This document shows, piece after piece, positions 9,397-19,833 of a stretch of DNA of 64,000 nt. Source of the stretch: a virus (Duplodnaviria; Caudoviricetes). The position numbers and the translations under genes were made by a program. The stretch covers positions 5,936-69,935 of IMG/VR virus record IMGVR_UViG_3300025647_000027, one strand, 5' to 3'. The notes under the pieces are model-generated. The model ran no database searches. It was not told the DNA's origin and was given only the letters and a program-made list of their open reading frames with translations. Each line of letters begins with the position of its first letter. Positions within the stretch are counted from its first letter, which is position 1.

Positions 9397-10307
9397 TGGA
9401 AATATTTGGTACAGATATAGATTTAAATGGAAATGAGCTTAAGAAGCTTAGGGCAGAAAATATGTTAGCATTACCGACAGCTACATCTAACGACGTTGGG
9501 AGAATTATAATGCATATTGGTTTAAATAAGTTTTATGGATATAATGGATTTAATTGGGTTCCAATAGAAAGTTCTGTACAAACTTCTACTCAAATAGTAG
9601 ACAACAGAACATCTTTTACTGGGATAAGCCCTCAGCATACATTTAAACCTTTATTTGACGGAAGTGGTTTAGAATCTAAAAATGTAAGTATATCTGACAC
9701 ATTTATATTAAGAAGCACGTCGATAGGCAATGTAACTTCTTCTGTTAAAGGGAAAAGCTTACCAGGATATTCTTTAGATCTCGCAGGCGGAAACACACAT
9801 TTTGCTTCTCTTTATGAAGATAACGTCATGTATGTTTCTTCTTACAATGATTTTATGTTTACTTTCAATATAGAATTTATCAAAGAGCACGAAAGAAACT
9901 TTATAGGATTAAGCTCAAGTAATGCTGCATGGTCGCAAGGAGACCCAAGCTCTAAAACAAATATTATTGGTTTGGGTTACGACGAAGGTGATACTAATTT
10001 TCATATAATTTTAAATAACAACTCTGGGTCTGCGACAAAAATAGACACTGGCCTTGTCGTGTTAAATGGAGGAAATATTAGAGGTTATATTTATCAAGTA
10101 AACAACGTAGTGTATTACGATATTATTCAACAAAAAGATTTTACAAATCAAGATCTAATATTTAGTGGCAATAATACTGGTTTAAATAAACCTGGAGTAA
10201 ATAACTCATTATCGGTAGGATTAGGTTTTAGAATATATACAGACAGGATTACTTCTGGAACAGAAGGAGCAACAATTTTGAAATACATGAATCTTACTAA
10301 AATATAA
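9396..10307 (+). CDS. Tail fibre / receptor-binding protein candidate
   Basis: N-terminal DIDLNGNEL shared with 10711; beta-rich C-terminus. Confidence 0.55.
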   Translation: MEIFGTDIDLNGNELKKLRAENMLALPTATSNDVGRIIMHIGLNKFYGYNGFNWVPIESSVQTSTQIVDNRTSFTGISPQHTFKPLFDGSGLESKNVSISDTFILRSTSIGNVTSSVKGKSLPGYSLDLAGGNTHFASLYEDNVMYVSSYNDFMFTFNIEFIKEHERNFIGLSSSNAAWSQGDPSSKTNIIGLGYDEGDTNFHIILNNNSGSATKIDTGLVVLNGGNIRGYIYQVNNVVYYDIIQQKDFTNQDLIFSGNNTGLNKPGVNNSLSVGLGFRIYTDRITSGTEGATILKYMNLTKI

Positions 10308-10322
10308 ATAGAATATAAATAA

Positions 10323-10667
10323 ATGGAAATATTTAATAAAGATGTAACGGTATTAGGTGATTTGACAATCAACCCTGTTAATGGTGCTGGAGATATTCTA
10401 GTTAAAGACGGGACTAATGTAATAAAATACAGAACTGTTGCTGAACTTTTCAACGACATGTCTGTGGTAAATGATAAAAATTATGTACATGACCAAGCGT
10501 CTCCATCTGCTGTTTGGAATATTACGCATAATTTAGGAAAAAATGCAGCACCAATTGTAGTTGATTCAGCAGGCACGGTAGTTGTTGGGCAAATAGATTA
10601 TATTGATGAAAATAATATTACATTAACTTTTAATGGAGCATTCTCGGGATATGCTTATTTCAATTAA
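10323..10667 (+). CDS. Tail fibre-associated protein
   Basis: HNLGK domain paralogous to 8704. Confidence 0.6.
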   Translation: MEIFNKDVTVLGDLTINPVNGAGDILVKDGTNVIKYRTVAELFNDMSVVNDKNYVHDQASPSAVWNITHNLGKNAAPIVVDSAGTVVVGQIDYIDENNITLTFNGAFSGYAYFN

Positions 10668-10710
10668 AAAAAACAATAATTAAAACAAACAATAATTAAA
10701 ACAAAAAGAT

Positions 10711-12132
10711 ATGGCTTTTATTAAATATTTAGTGGATATTGATTTAAATAAAAATCAATTAACACAAGCGGCTCTGCAAAATTTAGTTACTGCCCCAGGC
10801 TCTCCCGCAACAGGACAAATATACTGGGATACAGTTTTAGATACTGCAAGAGTTTGGGATGGTTCAGCGTGGTTGGACTTGGGTTCTGACGGTATAACAA
10901 ACTTAGGATATACAGCTTCTCCAACAGACGGAACAGTATCATCTGATACAGGAACAGACGCGACAATTCCTGCTGGTAGTGGAACAAATGCAAGTTTAAT
11001 GCTACCTGGTGATAAAACAAAACTTGATGGCATAGAGTCTGGTGCTAATGTCACAGATGCAGCAAATGTAGATGCAGCAGGAGCTGTAATGAATTCAGAT
11101 ACCACAACTGCATCAATGAGTTTTGTTATTGATGAAGATGCGATGACATCTAACTCAGCAACTAAAGTTCCAACACAACAAAGTGTTAAGGCTTATGTAG
11201 ACGCTGAGGTTGGAGCAGTAGTTCCTAACTCGCCTACAGCATTAAGTACAGGTACTGTTACCAACACGACTTACGGTATTAATTCCGATGGGTCTAATAA
11301 TGATGTTATATTAGCAGCAGCAACTACATCTGCATCTGGTGTAATGACTGGAACTGACAAAACTAAGCTTAATAGCATAGAGACAGGAGCAGACGTTACT
11401 GACGCTACTAATGTTAATGCTGCTGGAGCAGTGATGGAATCTGATATTTCCGCTACTCCTTCTGGTAGAATTATAGATGATAACACAATGGGTACTGCAT
11501 CTCAAACAACTTTAGCTACATCAGCCTCTATTAAGGCTTATGTAGATAGTGTAGTTGCAGGCGGTATGATTTATAAAGGTGGTTATGACGCAGCTACCAA
11601 TTCACCATTATTAGACAGTACTCCAATAACAACAGCAATAGGTGATACATATACTGTAACAGCAGCAGGTACATTCTTTACTGAAGATGTTCAAGTTGGT
11701 GATTTACTTGTGTCTCAAGTAGCGAATGCAGCTAGTTTATCAGATTGGACTATTGTTAACAAAAATATTCCAGATATAGTTTCTGCTTCTGAAACAGAAC
11801 AAGGTATTGTTGAGATTGCAACTCAAGGTGAAGTTGATACTGGTACTGATACAACAAGAGTAGTAACGCCAGCAACATTAAAAGGAACTCTTGGTGTAAC
11901 AGGTAGTTTAAGCACTACTTTAAAATACACATCTTTGATAGGAGATGGCACACTCACAACAATAGCAGTAACTCATAATATTGGAGAAGAACATGTACAA
12001 ACTCAAATTTTTGATGCTACTACTGGAGATTTAGTTATTTGCGAAGTTGAAAATACTTCTGTTAACACAACAACATTTAAGTTTAATACTGCTCCGGCAT
12101 TGAATTCATTAAGGGTGGTAATAATAGGATAA
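10711..12132 (+). CDS. Tail fibre protein
   Basis: T/A/S/G-rich; DKTKLxxIExGAxVTDAxNVxAAGAVM occurs twice; ASETEQGIVEIATQGE...VTPATL fibre repeat. Confidence 0.75.
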   Translation: MAFIKYLVDIDLNKNQLTQAALQNLVTAPGSPATGQIYWDTVLDTARVWDGSAWLDLGSDGITNLGYTASPTDGTVSSDTGTDATIPAGSGTNASLMLPGDKTKLDGIESGANVTDAANVDAAGAVMNSDTTTASMSFVIDEDAMTSNSATKVPTQQSVKAYVDAEVGAVVPNSPTALSTGTVTNTTYGINSDGSNNDVILAAATTSASGVMTGTDKTKLNSIETGADVTDATNVNAAGAVMESDISATPSGRIIDDNTMGTASQTTLATSASIKAYVDSVVAGGMIYKGGYDAATNSPLLDSTPITTAIGDTYTVTAAGTFFTEDVQVGDLLVSQVANAASLSDWTIVNKNIPDIVSASETEQGIVEIATQGEVDTGTDTTRVVTPATLKGTLGVTGSLSTTLKYTSLIGDGTLTTIAVTHNIGEEHVQTQIFDATTGDLVICEVENTSVNTTTFKFNTAPALNSLRVVIIG

Positions 12133-12138
12133 TAAGAT

Positions 12139-15100
12139 ATGTCTGAAATAATTTCTAAGTCAAATATAACAATAGACGGTGTCATAACCGCAAATAGTCT
12201 AATAACATCTGGAGGAACAAGCTCTCAATTTGTAAAAGGAGATGGAACATTAGACCCGTCAACTTACCTCTTAAATATTACAGGAGAGTCATTATCAAGT
12301 TTATCAGATGTTACTATAACTACGATAGCAGCAGGAGAGCTTTTAAAGTGGGATGGTTTGGGTTGGATCAACAACACTTTAGCTGAAGCTGGGATAATGT
12401 CTTCTGCTCAGCAACTAGCAGTAACTAAAGCAGCAGTAACAAACCAATTTTTAACTTCTTATAATGCCACTACGGGCTTATTTACCTCGAAACAAGTTGC
12501 TTATTCGGGGTTAAGTGGAATACCAAGTACTTTTACACCGTCTCCTCATACCTTAGACTCACATTCAAATGTGACTATAACATCTAATACAAGTGGGGAA
12601 CTGTTGAAATGGAATGGCTCAGCTTGGATTAATAATACACTTGCAGAAGCAGGAATATCTGCTGTTGGTCATACACACGTAATCTCGGACATAACTGACT
12701 TTACAGATAATTCTTCAAATTGGGATACAGCGTACGGCTGGGGTAACCATGCTGCAGAACCATATAGACAATATAGATCAAGAACAATAACAGGGGTTTC
12801 TTTTGACCCTGTTGATACCTATCAATATTATGAAATAGGAAGGTTTGTATTTGGAAGTCTGCAAGGCGTTATTACTTTTGATTTATTATTCAGTGGTAGC
12901 GGTTTAGGAGCAGCATATCGTTATAGCGTTCCAGTTACATACGCAATGGATTATGTAATTAGGTATGGAATAACTGCAATTCCGTCAAATACCTGGGTTG
13001 TTTGGACGCCAGACTTCGACACTCCAAGGCATTATGTTAGTAATTCGGATGACGTTCAACTACAACTAAGAGTCATAGGCAATACAGTAGAGTTTAGAGT
13101 TGTTGTTACAACACCATCTGGCACCTCTGGCAGCACAGGAACTATATTTGCAAATATTACTCACTCAAATGAGTTTGTAGGAGGTACTTATACAGAGCTG
13201 ACAGGAACGGGAACAGACGCTACGGCATATACTGTGATCCCTAGCCTGGCTTCTCCCTCTTATGGTGTATCTCGTTTTTCTGGAGAAATTTACAGCAGAG
13301 GAAATATAATTTCTGCTGGAACAGTTACAGCAACAGGTGGAAACTCAACACAATGGAATACAGCATACGGATGGGGAAATCACGCTTCAGCAGGATACTT
13401 AACATCTGAAACAAATACTTTTCTAGGAGACGGCGGTAGTGCTACTACACACCCGGGTACAAGTAGGGTAATATTTACAGGACAAGTAAGTGCAGGATCA
13501 GCAGCACAGGGGATGCCAACCATAGACAATTCAAACGCTATCCTAAACATTAATAGACATCCCGGAGAGTATAACAGCCAGTTAGGGTTTAGTTCTAACG
13601 GAAGTATGTATTATAGAAGCTTCAGTGCAACCGCTATAAATAGTACACAAGCTTGGAGACAAGTTTGGGATTCTGGGAACCTTACTAACAACTCTACCAA
13701 CTGGAACACTGCTTTTGGATGGGGAGATCACGCAGGACTATATGCTCCAATATCTCATAGCTTAGATTCTCATAATAACGTGACTATTACATCTAATACT
13801 AGTGGTGAACTTCTGAAATGGAACGGTTCAGCTTGGATAAACAATACGCTTGCAGAGGCAGGGATAATGTCCTCTACTAAACAGTTAGCAGTAACTAAGG
13901 CTCTAATAACTAATCAAGTTCTAAACTCTTATAATGCTACTACGGGAGTTTTTACCTCTATACAACCTACATTTGCTAGTTTAGCTTCTAAGCCAACAAC
14001 TATTGCAGGTTATGGGATTACAGATTTTAACTCTTTAGGTGATGCTAGATGGTTAGGAATAAGTGCTACAGCTGCTAATTCAACATTATTTAATTCGTTA
14101 AATAGTGGTCAATTTCTAAGAAGTGATGTAGCTGATACAAAAACTAGTGGAGATTTAACATTTAATGATAGTATTAAATTACAACTTGGTACTGATAATG
14201 ATTTTAAAATGTTCCATGATGGAGCAGATGCTAGGGCTCAATGGATTACTGGGGATTTAGTATTCCAAGATAATCTTACAACTAGATTTACGTTTGAAAG
14301 AACTACTGGTAACTTTACAAACAAAGGAACAATAACATCACAAGGAGTAGGAGATAGTACATTTAGAGGTAGTTTGTTGGTAGGGACAGGAGAACCTTCT
14401 CCTGCTTGTGCATTTCATGTTGTTGATGAAGTTAATTTACTAGGAGGTGTTACAGGTGATTCACAAGAGTTTAGAAGACTTCAGTATAGAGGTGGGTCAG
14501 GTGGTAATGATATAAAAATAAGTGAATACGCTTTAAGAGATGCTACTGGAACTTCATGGACCACATCTAGGTATCACAACTCAATTGGTATTGATAATGT
14601 TTTTAAAACCCCAGGAGTTGATACTAAAGTATTTTGGGAACGTGATCCCCATAGTGGTTTTCACTATTTTGGTAATGCAGCTAACTATGTCTTGACAGTA
14701 GATGGTGTAGGAAATAATGTAGGTATTGGTACAACTTCTCCCTCATATAGACTAGATGTAACAGGTGATGGTAGATTTACTAGTAGTTTAGCGGCAAATT
14801 CTTTCATAAAGAGAGGAGGAACAGCATCACAATTTTTAAAAGCTGATGGAAGTGTAGATACAAATACTTACGTAATATCATTACCTTCTACTAGTTTTGC
14901 TACGTTATCACTAAATATGACTGATATAAGTTCAGGATTAATAGAGTATAAGAAAATAAATGGAAGATTAATACTTAGTGGAGGATTCACGGTAACATCA
15001 ACAGGTTTAATAAATGTAGGTACATTACCAGTAGGTTTTAGACCAAGTAGATTTAGGACATTGGTTGTAATCAATGGAGGTTCTGCTGGTCAGTTATCAA

Positions 15101-15189
15101 TTCAAACAGACGGTTCTATAACGGCTGATATTGACTCAATAACAGAATATAATATTGATATTGAAATAACACTAGATATTGAAGATTAA
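12139..15189 (+). CDS. Long mosaic tail fibre protein
   Basis: WINNTLAEAGI x3, WxTAxGWGxH x3, GGTxSQFxKxDG x2, KPTTIAGYGITD, GNNVGIGTTSP and GTLPVGFRP, all typical fibre segments. Confidence 0.85.
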   Translation: MSEIISKSNITIDGVITANSLITSGGTSSQFVKGDGTLDPSTYLLNITGESLSSLSDVTITTIAAGELLKWDGLGWINNTLAEAGIMSSAQQLAVTKAAVTNQFLTSYNATTGLFTSKQVAYSGLSGIPSTFTPSPHTLDSHSNVTITSNTSGELLKWNGSAWINNTLAEAGISAVGHTHVISDITDFTDNSSNWDTAYGWGNHAAEPYRQYRSRTITGVSFDPVDTYQYYEIGRFVFGSLQGVITFDLLFSGSGLGAAYRYSVPVTYAMDYVIRYGITAIPSNTWVVWTPDFDTPRHYVSNSDDVQLQLRVIGNTVEFRVVVTTPSGTSGSTGTIFANITHSNEFVGGTYTELTGTGTDATAYTVIPSLASPSYGVSRFSGEIYSRGNIISAGTVTATGGNSTQWNTAYGWGNHASAGYLTSETNTFLGDGGSATTHPGTSRVIFTGQVSAGSAAQGMPTIDNSNAILNINRHPGEYNSQLGFSSNGSMYYRSFSATAINSTQAWRQVWDSGNLTNNSTNWNTAFGWGDHAGLYAPISHSLDSHNNVTITSNTSGELLKWNGSAWINNTLAEAGIMSSTKQLAVTKALITNQVLNSYNATTGVFTSIQPTFASLASKPTTIAGYGITDFNSLGDARWLGISATAANSTLFNSLNSGQFLRSDVADTKTSGDLTFNDSIKLQLGTDNDFKMFHDGADARAQWITGDLVFQDNLTTRFTFERTTGNFTNKGTITSQGVGDSTFRGSLLVGTGEPSPACAFHVVDEVNLLGGVTGDSQEFRRLQYRGGSGGNDIKISEYALRDATGTSWTTSRYHNSIGIDNVFKTPGVDTKVFWERDPHSGFHYFGNAANYVLTVDGVGNNVGIGTTSPSYRLDVTGDGRFTSSLAANSFIKRGGTASQFLKADGSVDTNTYVISLPSTSFATLSLNMTDISSGLIEYKKINGRLILSGGFTVTSTGLINVGTLPVGFRPSRFRTLVVINGGSAGQLSIQTDGSITADIDSITEYNIDIEITLDIED

Positions 15190-15201
15190 TCTTATACAGT
15201 A

Positions 15202-15249
15202 TAGCTATAATATGAATAATTAAATAATCACTATTTAATATATATTTAC
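15202..15249 (+). promoter_or_regulatory. TAGCTATAAT motif plus TATATTTAC box upstream of the lysis cassette
   Basis: Both recurrent motifs lie in this intergenic gap (15202-15211 and 15241-15249). Confidence 0.45.
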
Positions 15250-15271
15250 AGAGTCAAACACGATATTTTTT

Positions 15272-15862
15272 ATGAAATCACAAATTTTTCTAATGCAAAC
15301 AATGACTAAGAAGAAGTTTATTACTCTGTCTTCTGTGTCGCTTATTATAACCACTTTATTAAATATGAGAGAGATTCTATTAGCTCTTGCTATTATCATT
15401 ATCGTTGACATGCTTACTGGCATTAGAAAAAGTTTATTTTTAAAAAAAGTAAAATCAAGTATATTAAAGAAAGAATTTTGGCATGCAATTAATTCATCAG
15501 GCCTAAGAGCCACATGGAGAAAAACTTACGAATACGCAATTGGAATAATAGTATTTATTGTTTTAGATAGTTTAGTTTTAAAATCATCGAGCATTATGAT
15601 GATGGGAGCTGAATATACATTATCAGAGATTGCAGTAGCCGCAGCTTGTATAGTTGAAATTTATAGTATATATGAAAATATGGAAGCTGTAAGTGGAAGA
15701 AATATGTTAAAAAAAGTACAATTTCTTTTTCCAGAATGGTTAAAGAAACTGTTAGAAAACAAACCAAAAATAAATGTGGAGACTGCTATTAATATTCATC
15801 AAGTCATTAAAGAGGAAGAATCCAAAGAAGACAACAACAAGTCAACCCCTGAAGAAAGATAA
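15272..15862 (+). CDS. Holin
   Basis: Several TM segments; VDMLTGIRK and EIYSIYENM resemble phage holin_4-type proteins; precedes an endolysin; several possible start codons. Confidence 0.75.
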   Translation: MKSQIFLMQTMTKKKFITLSSVSLIITTLLNMREILLALAIIIIVDMLTGIRKSLFLKKVKSSILKKEFWHAINSSGLRATWRKTYEYAIGIIVFIVLDSLVLKSSSIMMMGAEYTLSEIAVAAACIVEIYSIYENMEAVSGRNMLKKVQFLFPEWLKKLLENKPKINVETAINIHQVIKEEESKEDNNKSTPEER

Positions 15863-15875
15863 AATAGAAAAGAAT

Positions 15876-16349
15876 ATGGGATTCAAATTTAGCAACAATA
15901 GCGCTTCTAAATTAGCTACATGTCATGTAGATATACAAAAGGTTTTAAACCTTGCAATATCTAGAAGTAATGTAGACTTCGGAATAGCAGAAGGATATAG
16001 GACTGTTGAGACTCAGCAATCATATTACGCGATAGGTAGAACAATACAGCTACATAGAGGAACAATAACTAATGTAGATGGTATTGTAAAGAAAGGTAAA
16101 CATAATTACAATCCATCACAAGCAGTTGATATTTATGTGTGGCACGATGATGCTGATACTAGAAAGAAAATATCATACGATGGAATGCACTTAGCATATG
16201 TTGCGGGAATTATAGATTCTTGCGCAAGAGAATTAAAAGATAAGGGAGAAATTACACATAACATAAGATGGGGAGGAAATTGGGATTCAGATGGTATAAT
16301 TATATTTGATCAGAGTTTGGATGATATGCCACATTTTGAAATAAAATAA
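15876..16349 (+). CDS. Endolysin, M15-type (L-Ala-D-Glu) peptidase
   Basis: EGYRTxxxQ, KHN....AVD, RWGGNW and DMPHFE motifs; real start is ATG 15876. Confidence 0.88.
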   Translation: MGFKFSNNSASKLATCHVDIQKVLNLAISRSNVDFGIAEGYRTVETQQSYYAIGRTIQLHRGTITNVDGIVKKGKHNYNPSQAVDIYVWHDDADTRKKISYDGMHLAYVAGIIDSCARELKDKGEITHNIRWGGNWDSDGIIIFDQSLDDMPHFEIK

Positions 16350-16350
16350 A

Positions 16351-16995
16351 ATGGAGAAGATAAAAAATTATGTAATAGTAGGGTTGGTCATTGCTTTAGC
16401 AGTAATGATTTATATTAATACTAGGCCGGAGCCAATTCCAGATCCTATTACAATTACTATTCCTGGATCATCAGGATCTTCAGGAGTTGTTAACATTGAT
16501 AATGATAATGATTCTATTCCTGATCCGGAAGTTATTGAGGTGCCTGTATACATAAAAGGAGACACTGAGATTATAGTTGATCAAGAATACAAGAATAAGT
16601 ACGAAAAAGCTATAAAGGAGAAGGATAGTATTGAGGCTCGTAATCTATACTTAGAATCTATTCAGATTAAAGAGTACAATGAGGTTGCTATTGATAACGA
16701 CACTATAAAGGTTGACTTGTACGCTAAGACGCGCGGGTCATTATTAGCCTACCGTGTTAATTATGATATTAAAGAGAAAAAATTTACATACACTCCAGAA
16801 GTAATGCATGTTAGACCAAAGATGACAGTGCTAACTGGATTAGAATTAGTTTTACCACCAACAGGAACAAGTCAGCCTGATATTAAGTTTGATTTATACT
16901 TTCAAACACAGAATGGAAACGCTTGGGGAGGCGGTATAGACACTCAAGGAAACAAGTATATTGGCTTTAAAAAGTCATGGACAATACTAAAATAG
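16351..16995 (+). CDS. Membrane-anchored lysis accessory protein (spanin-like)
   Basis: N-terminal TM helix; follows the endolysin. Confidence 0.5.
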   Translation: MEKIKNYVIVGLVIALAVMIYINTRPEPIPDPITITIPGSSGSSGVVNIDNDNDSIPDPEVIEVPVYIKGDTEIIVDQEYKNKYEKAIKEKDSIEARNLYLESIQIKEYNEVAIDNDTIKVDLYAKTRGSLLAYRVNYDIKEKKFTYTPEVMHVRPKMTVLTGLELVLPPTGTSQPDIKFDLYFQTQNGNAWGGGIDTQGNKYIGFKKSWTILK

Positions 16996-17003
16996 TAACG
17001 TTT

Positions 17004-17013
17004 TAGCTATAAT
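17004..17013 (+). promoter_or_regulatory. TAGCTATAAT motif, candidate late promoter
   Basis: Third identical copy, upstream of the scaffold-capsid operon. Confidence 0.45.
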
Positions 17014-17082
17014 GCGTGCTATAAAAACAGTGATTGATTGCGTATTTTCGCATGTAAGGAGAATTATTATATATAATAAACA

Positions 17083-18180
17083 ATGGAAGGATTAACATTA
17101 AATGATCTTGCTTTTGATGACAACAGTACAGACGGACTGTTTGAAGAGTTTACAACTGCAAGTGACAAAGAATTAGAAGACTTAGGCAAGGCCCAAGACT
17201 CAAAAGAAAAAAATAAACCCACTGGTGAGGATCAAGATGATTCAGAGAGCGTAGCTAAGGGAAAAGAAACACAAGTTCAGGGAGGTAAAACTTCAGGTGA
17301 TGATGCGGGAAGCAATTCTTCCTCTCCTAAACCGAATGATACTGAACAGCTTTATTCAAACCTAGCTAACCAATTCAAAACTAGCGGAGTTTTACCTGGA
17401 CTTGAAGATACAGCAAGTATTAAATCGTTAGAAGATTTAAATGCTGCAATTCAAAAAGAAGTGGATTCGAGATTGACTGTTACACAAAAAACAATCAAAG
17501 AAGCTTCAGAAGCTGGCTTAGATGCCACAGCAGTTTCGAAACAACTTAACGTTGTAGAGAAATTAAAAGGAGTTTCAGATGAATATATTGAATCTGATGC
17601 AAACTTAGAATTCCGTAAAGGAGTTATTGCTCAAGATTTCTTGAGTAGAGGATACAATAAAGAAAGAGCTGATATTTTAGCTCAAAGAAGTATTGATTCC
17701 GGATCTGATATAGAAGATGCTAAATTAGCATTATCATCTATTATCGGAATAGAAGAAAAGAAAATAGCTGATGCAATCCAAGCAGCTAAAGATGACGAGA
17801 AAAATTCTATCAATGACATTAAGTCTCATCTTGAAAAAACTGAAGAAATAGTTCCTGGTATTAAACTCAACAAAGAACAAAGAGATGAGTTATATAAACA
17901 GATGACTACTGATTTAGGGAATAAGGAAAATGCTTTCATTAAAGCTCAAAAACAAGATCCTATTGGATCTCGTATTAAGTTAGAAGCAATTTTCTTTGTA
18001 ACAAAGGGATTAACTGATTTCTCAGTATTTGGTAATGCTAAAGAAACAGATATCTCTAAAAATATTGAAACTCTCTTAAGAGGAGCTGATTTCACTGAAA
18101 ATGGACGCATCAACACAGATGTACCGGATGATGATGGAACTTTTACATTAGCTGATCTTAAAGATTTACAAATAGAATAG
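17083..18180 (+). CDS. Putative capsid scaffolding protein
   Basis: Acidic disordered N-terminus and helical body; directly upstream of the MCP. Confidence 0.7.
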   Translation: MEGLTLNDLAFDDNSTDGLFEEFTTASDKELEDLGKAQDSKEKNKPTGEDQDDSESVAKGKETQVQGGKTSGDDAGSNSSSPKPNDTEQLYSNLANQFKTSGVLPGLEDTASIKSLEDLNAAIQKEVDSRLTVTQKTIKEASEAGLDATAVSKQLNVVEKLKGVSDEYIESDANLEFRKGVIAQDFLSRGYNKERADILAQRSIDSGSDIEDAKLALSSIIGIEEKKIADAIQAAKDDEKNSINDIKSHLEKTEEIVPGIKLNKEQRDELYKQMTTDLGNKENAFIKAQKQDPIGSRIKLEAIFFVTKGLTDFSVFGNAKETDISKNIETLLRGADFTENGRINTDVPDDDGTFTLADLKDLQIE

Positions 18181-18206
18181 TAACAACTTTTTTAAACAAT
18201 TAATAA

Positions 18207-19706
18207 ATGCAATTAGGTAGATTTCAGGTAACTGACGCAAAAGCTTTTGCAGGAATGATAAATCCAGAGAACACTTTAGGTGCAATTTGGAAAGCAGCTC
18301 CTCAAAAGATCAATGACGCTATGATCAAACTTTTAGCTATCCATAGAGGTAAATCTCTTGAGAATATGCTAAACATGTTTGAGACTAAGTATGTAGAAAA
18401 TGACAATGAATTCTATTGGGAACTTATAGGTAGCTCTCGTAGAAATATTCCATTGTTCGAAGCACGCTATAAAGGTGCAGCAGTAACATCAGGAACCAAC
18501 AACGTTGGTGAAGGTGGAACAACTTTCGAATTAGCTTTCCCAGAACAATGGTTCTTCAAAGGTGAGATAATCGTAGGTGAGAAAAATGAGGTATATCCTA
18601 TCCGAGTAATTGATGATGGCCAAGCAGAAGGTAACCTTTGGGTTTACACTTGTGAAACAGCTGGATCAAGCAGAGATGGTATCCCAGGTGAAGAATTAGT
18701 ATCAGGTAAAAGATTCAACGAAGAGTTCGCTCCAGTTGGAAAAGGTCTTTCCAGAGAAGTAGGTGGAGTTCGTAGAGTTACTCCTGTTTCTATGAGAGGT
18801 GAGTTAACCACTATTAGAATTGACCACAAATTACCAGGTGATGCAACAGGCAAGAAAGTAGTTATGGGTATTCCTGTACTTACTAAGTCTGGTGAGAAAA
18901 AAGTTTTCCCAACATTAGCTCTTTACGAAGACTGGTTGGTTGAGCAAGAATTCTCAATGTACAAAAACAAATATTTGCTTTATGGTAAATCTAACAGAAC
19001 TGCTGATGGTGAATACCACAACAAAGATGTATCTGGAAGATCTATCAAAATCGGATCTGGTATCCGTGAGCAAATGGAGCAATCAAATACTTACTACTAC
19101 AATGACTTCTCTATCGAGATGTTAGAAGAAATCCTTTTCGGATTATCTGAAGGTAAATTAGGATTTGACCAACGTGTATTCATCTTGAGAACAGGTGAAA
19201 GAGGTGCCGCTGAATTCCACAAAGCTGTCTTACAGACAACTTCAGGATGGGCAACTAACGTATCTACTCCAGGAACCAACGCTCAAACTGTAAGTTCAAC
19301 TACTTCTCCATTACATAGTAATGCCATGAAGGCTGGATTCCAGTTCACTGAGTACATGGCGCCAAACGGTGTAACAGTTAAATTAGAGGTTGATGACTTC
19401 TATGATGACAAAGTACGTAACACAATACGTATCCCAGGAAGTAATGGTGTAGCTGAATCTTATAGATTCGATATATTCTACATCGGAACTCCAGAAGAGC
19501 CAAATATCCAAACTGTGAAAGTTAAAGGTAAAGAAGAAATCAGAGGTTACCAATGGGGCTTCAGAAATCCTTTCACCGGAGCTATCAACAATGGTAACAT
19601 GGGTACTTTAGAGGATGCTGGTACAATCACTAAGTTCTGTCAGTTAGGTGTCGTAGTTTACGATCCAACTAGAACAGCGCAATTGATACCTTACGTATTA
19701 GCGTAA
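18207..19706 (+). CDS. Major capsid protein
   Basis: 499 aa; SSRRNIPL, GSGIREQ, TGERGAAEFH, AGFQF.EY.APNGV and AESYRFDI as in crAss-like MCPs; strongly biased codons. Confidence 0.92.
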   Translation: MQLGRFQVTDAKAFAGMINPENTLGAIWKAAPQKINDAMIKLLAIHRGKSLENMLNMFETKYVENDNEFYWELIGSSRRNIPLFEARYKGAAVTSGTNNVGEGGTTFELAFPEQWFFKGEIIVGEKNEVYPIRVIDDGQAEGNLWVYTCETAGSSRDGIPGEELVSGKRFNEEFAPVGKGLSREVGGVRRVTPVSMRGELTTIRIDHKLPGDATGKKVVMGIPVLTKSGEKKVFPTLALYEDWLVEQEFSMYKNKYLLYGKSNRTADGEYHNKDVSGRSIKIGSGIREQMEQSNTYYYNDFSIEMLEEILFGLSEGKLGFDQRVFILRTGERGAAEFHKAVLQTTSGWATNVSTPGTNAQTVSSTTSPLHSNAMKAGFQFTEYMAPNGVTVKLEVDDFYDDKVRNTIRIPGSNGVAESYRFDIFYIGTPEEPNIQTVKVKGKEEIRGYQWGFRNPFTGAINNGNMGTLEDAGTITKFCQLGVVVYDPTRTAQLIPYVLA

Positions 19707-19721
19707 TAGTTTTATAATAAT

Positions 19722-19739
19722 CCCTCTCTTCGGAGAGGG
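19722..19739 (+). terminator. cUUCGg hairpin after the MCP (terminator or mRNA stabiliser)
   Basis: CCCTCTC-TTCG-GAGAGGG, extendable by AATAAT/ATTATT; weak U-tract. Confidence 0.65.
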
Positions 19740-19833
19740 CATTATTTAAGTTTTAGTGGAATATTGAACTTTATCAAATCCACATTATTATAAGGAGAAT
19801 TAGGAAGAATTATTTATATTAAATTTAGGAAGA

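Noticed and set aside
10671-10702. Tandem 16 bp repeat AAACAATAATTAAAAC x2
   Set aside because: Low-complexity A-rich leader typical of Bacteroidota translation initiation regions; probably a slippage duplication
12310-13960. DGR template/variable repeat pair in the tail fibre
   Set aside because: Differences are mostly synonymous and not adenine-specific, all copies are coding, and there is no reverse transcriptase in the window
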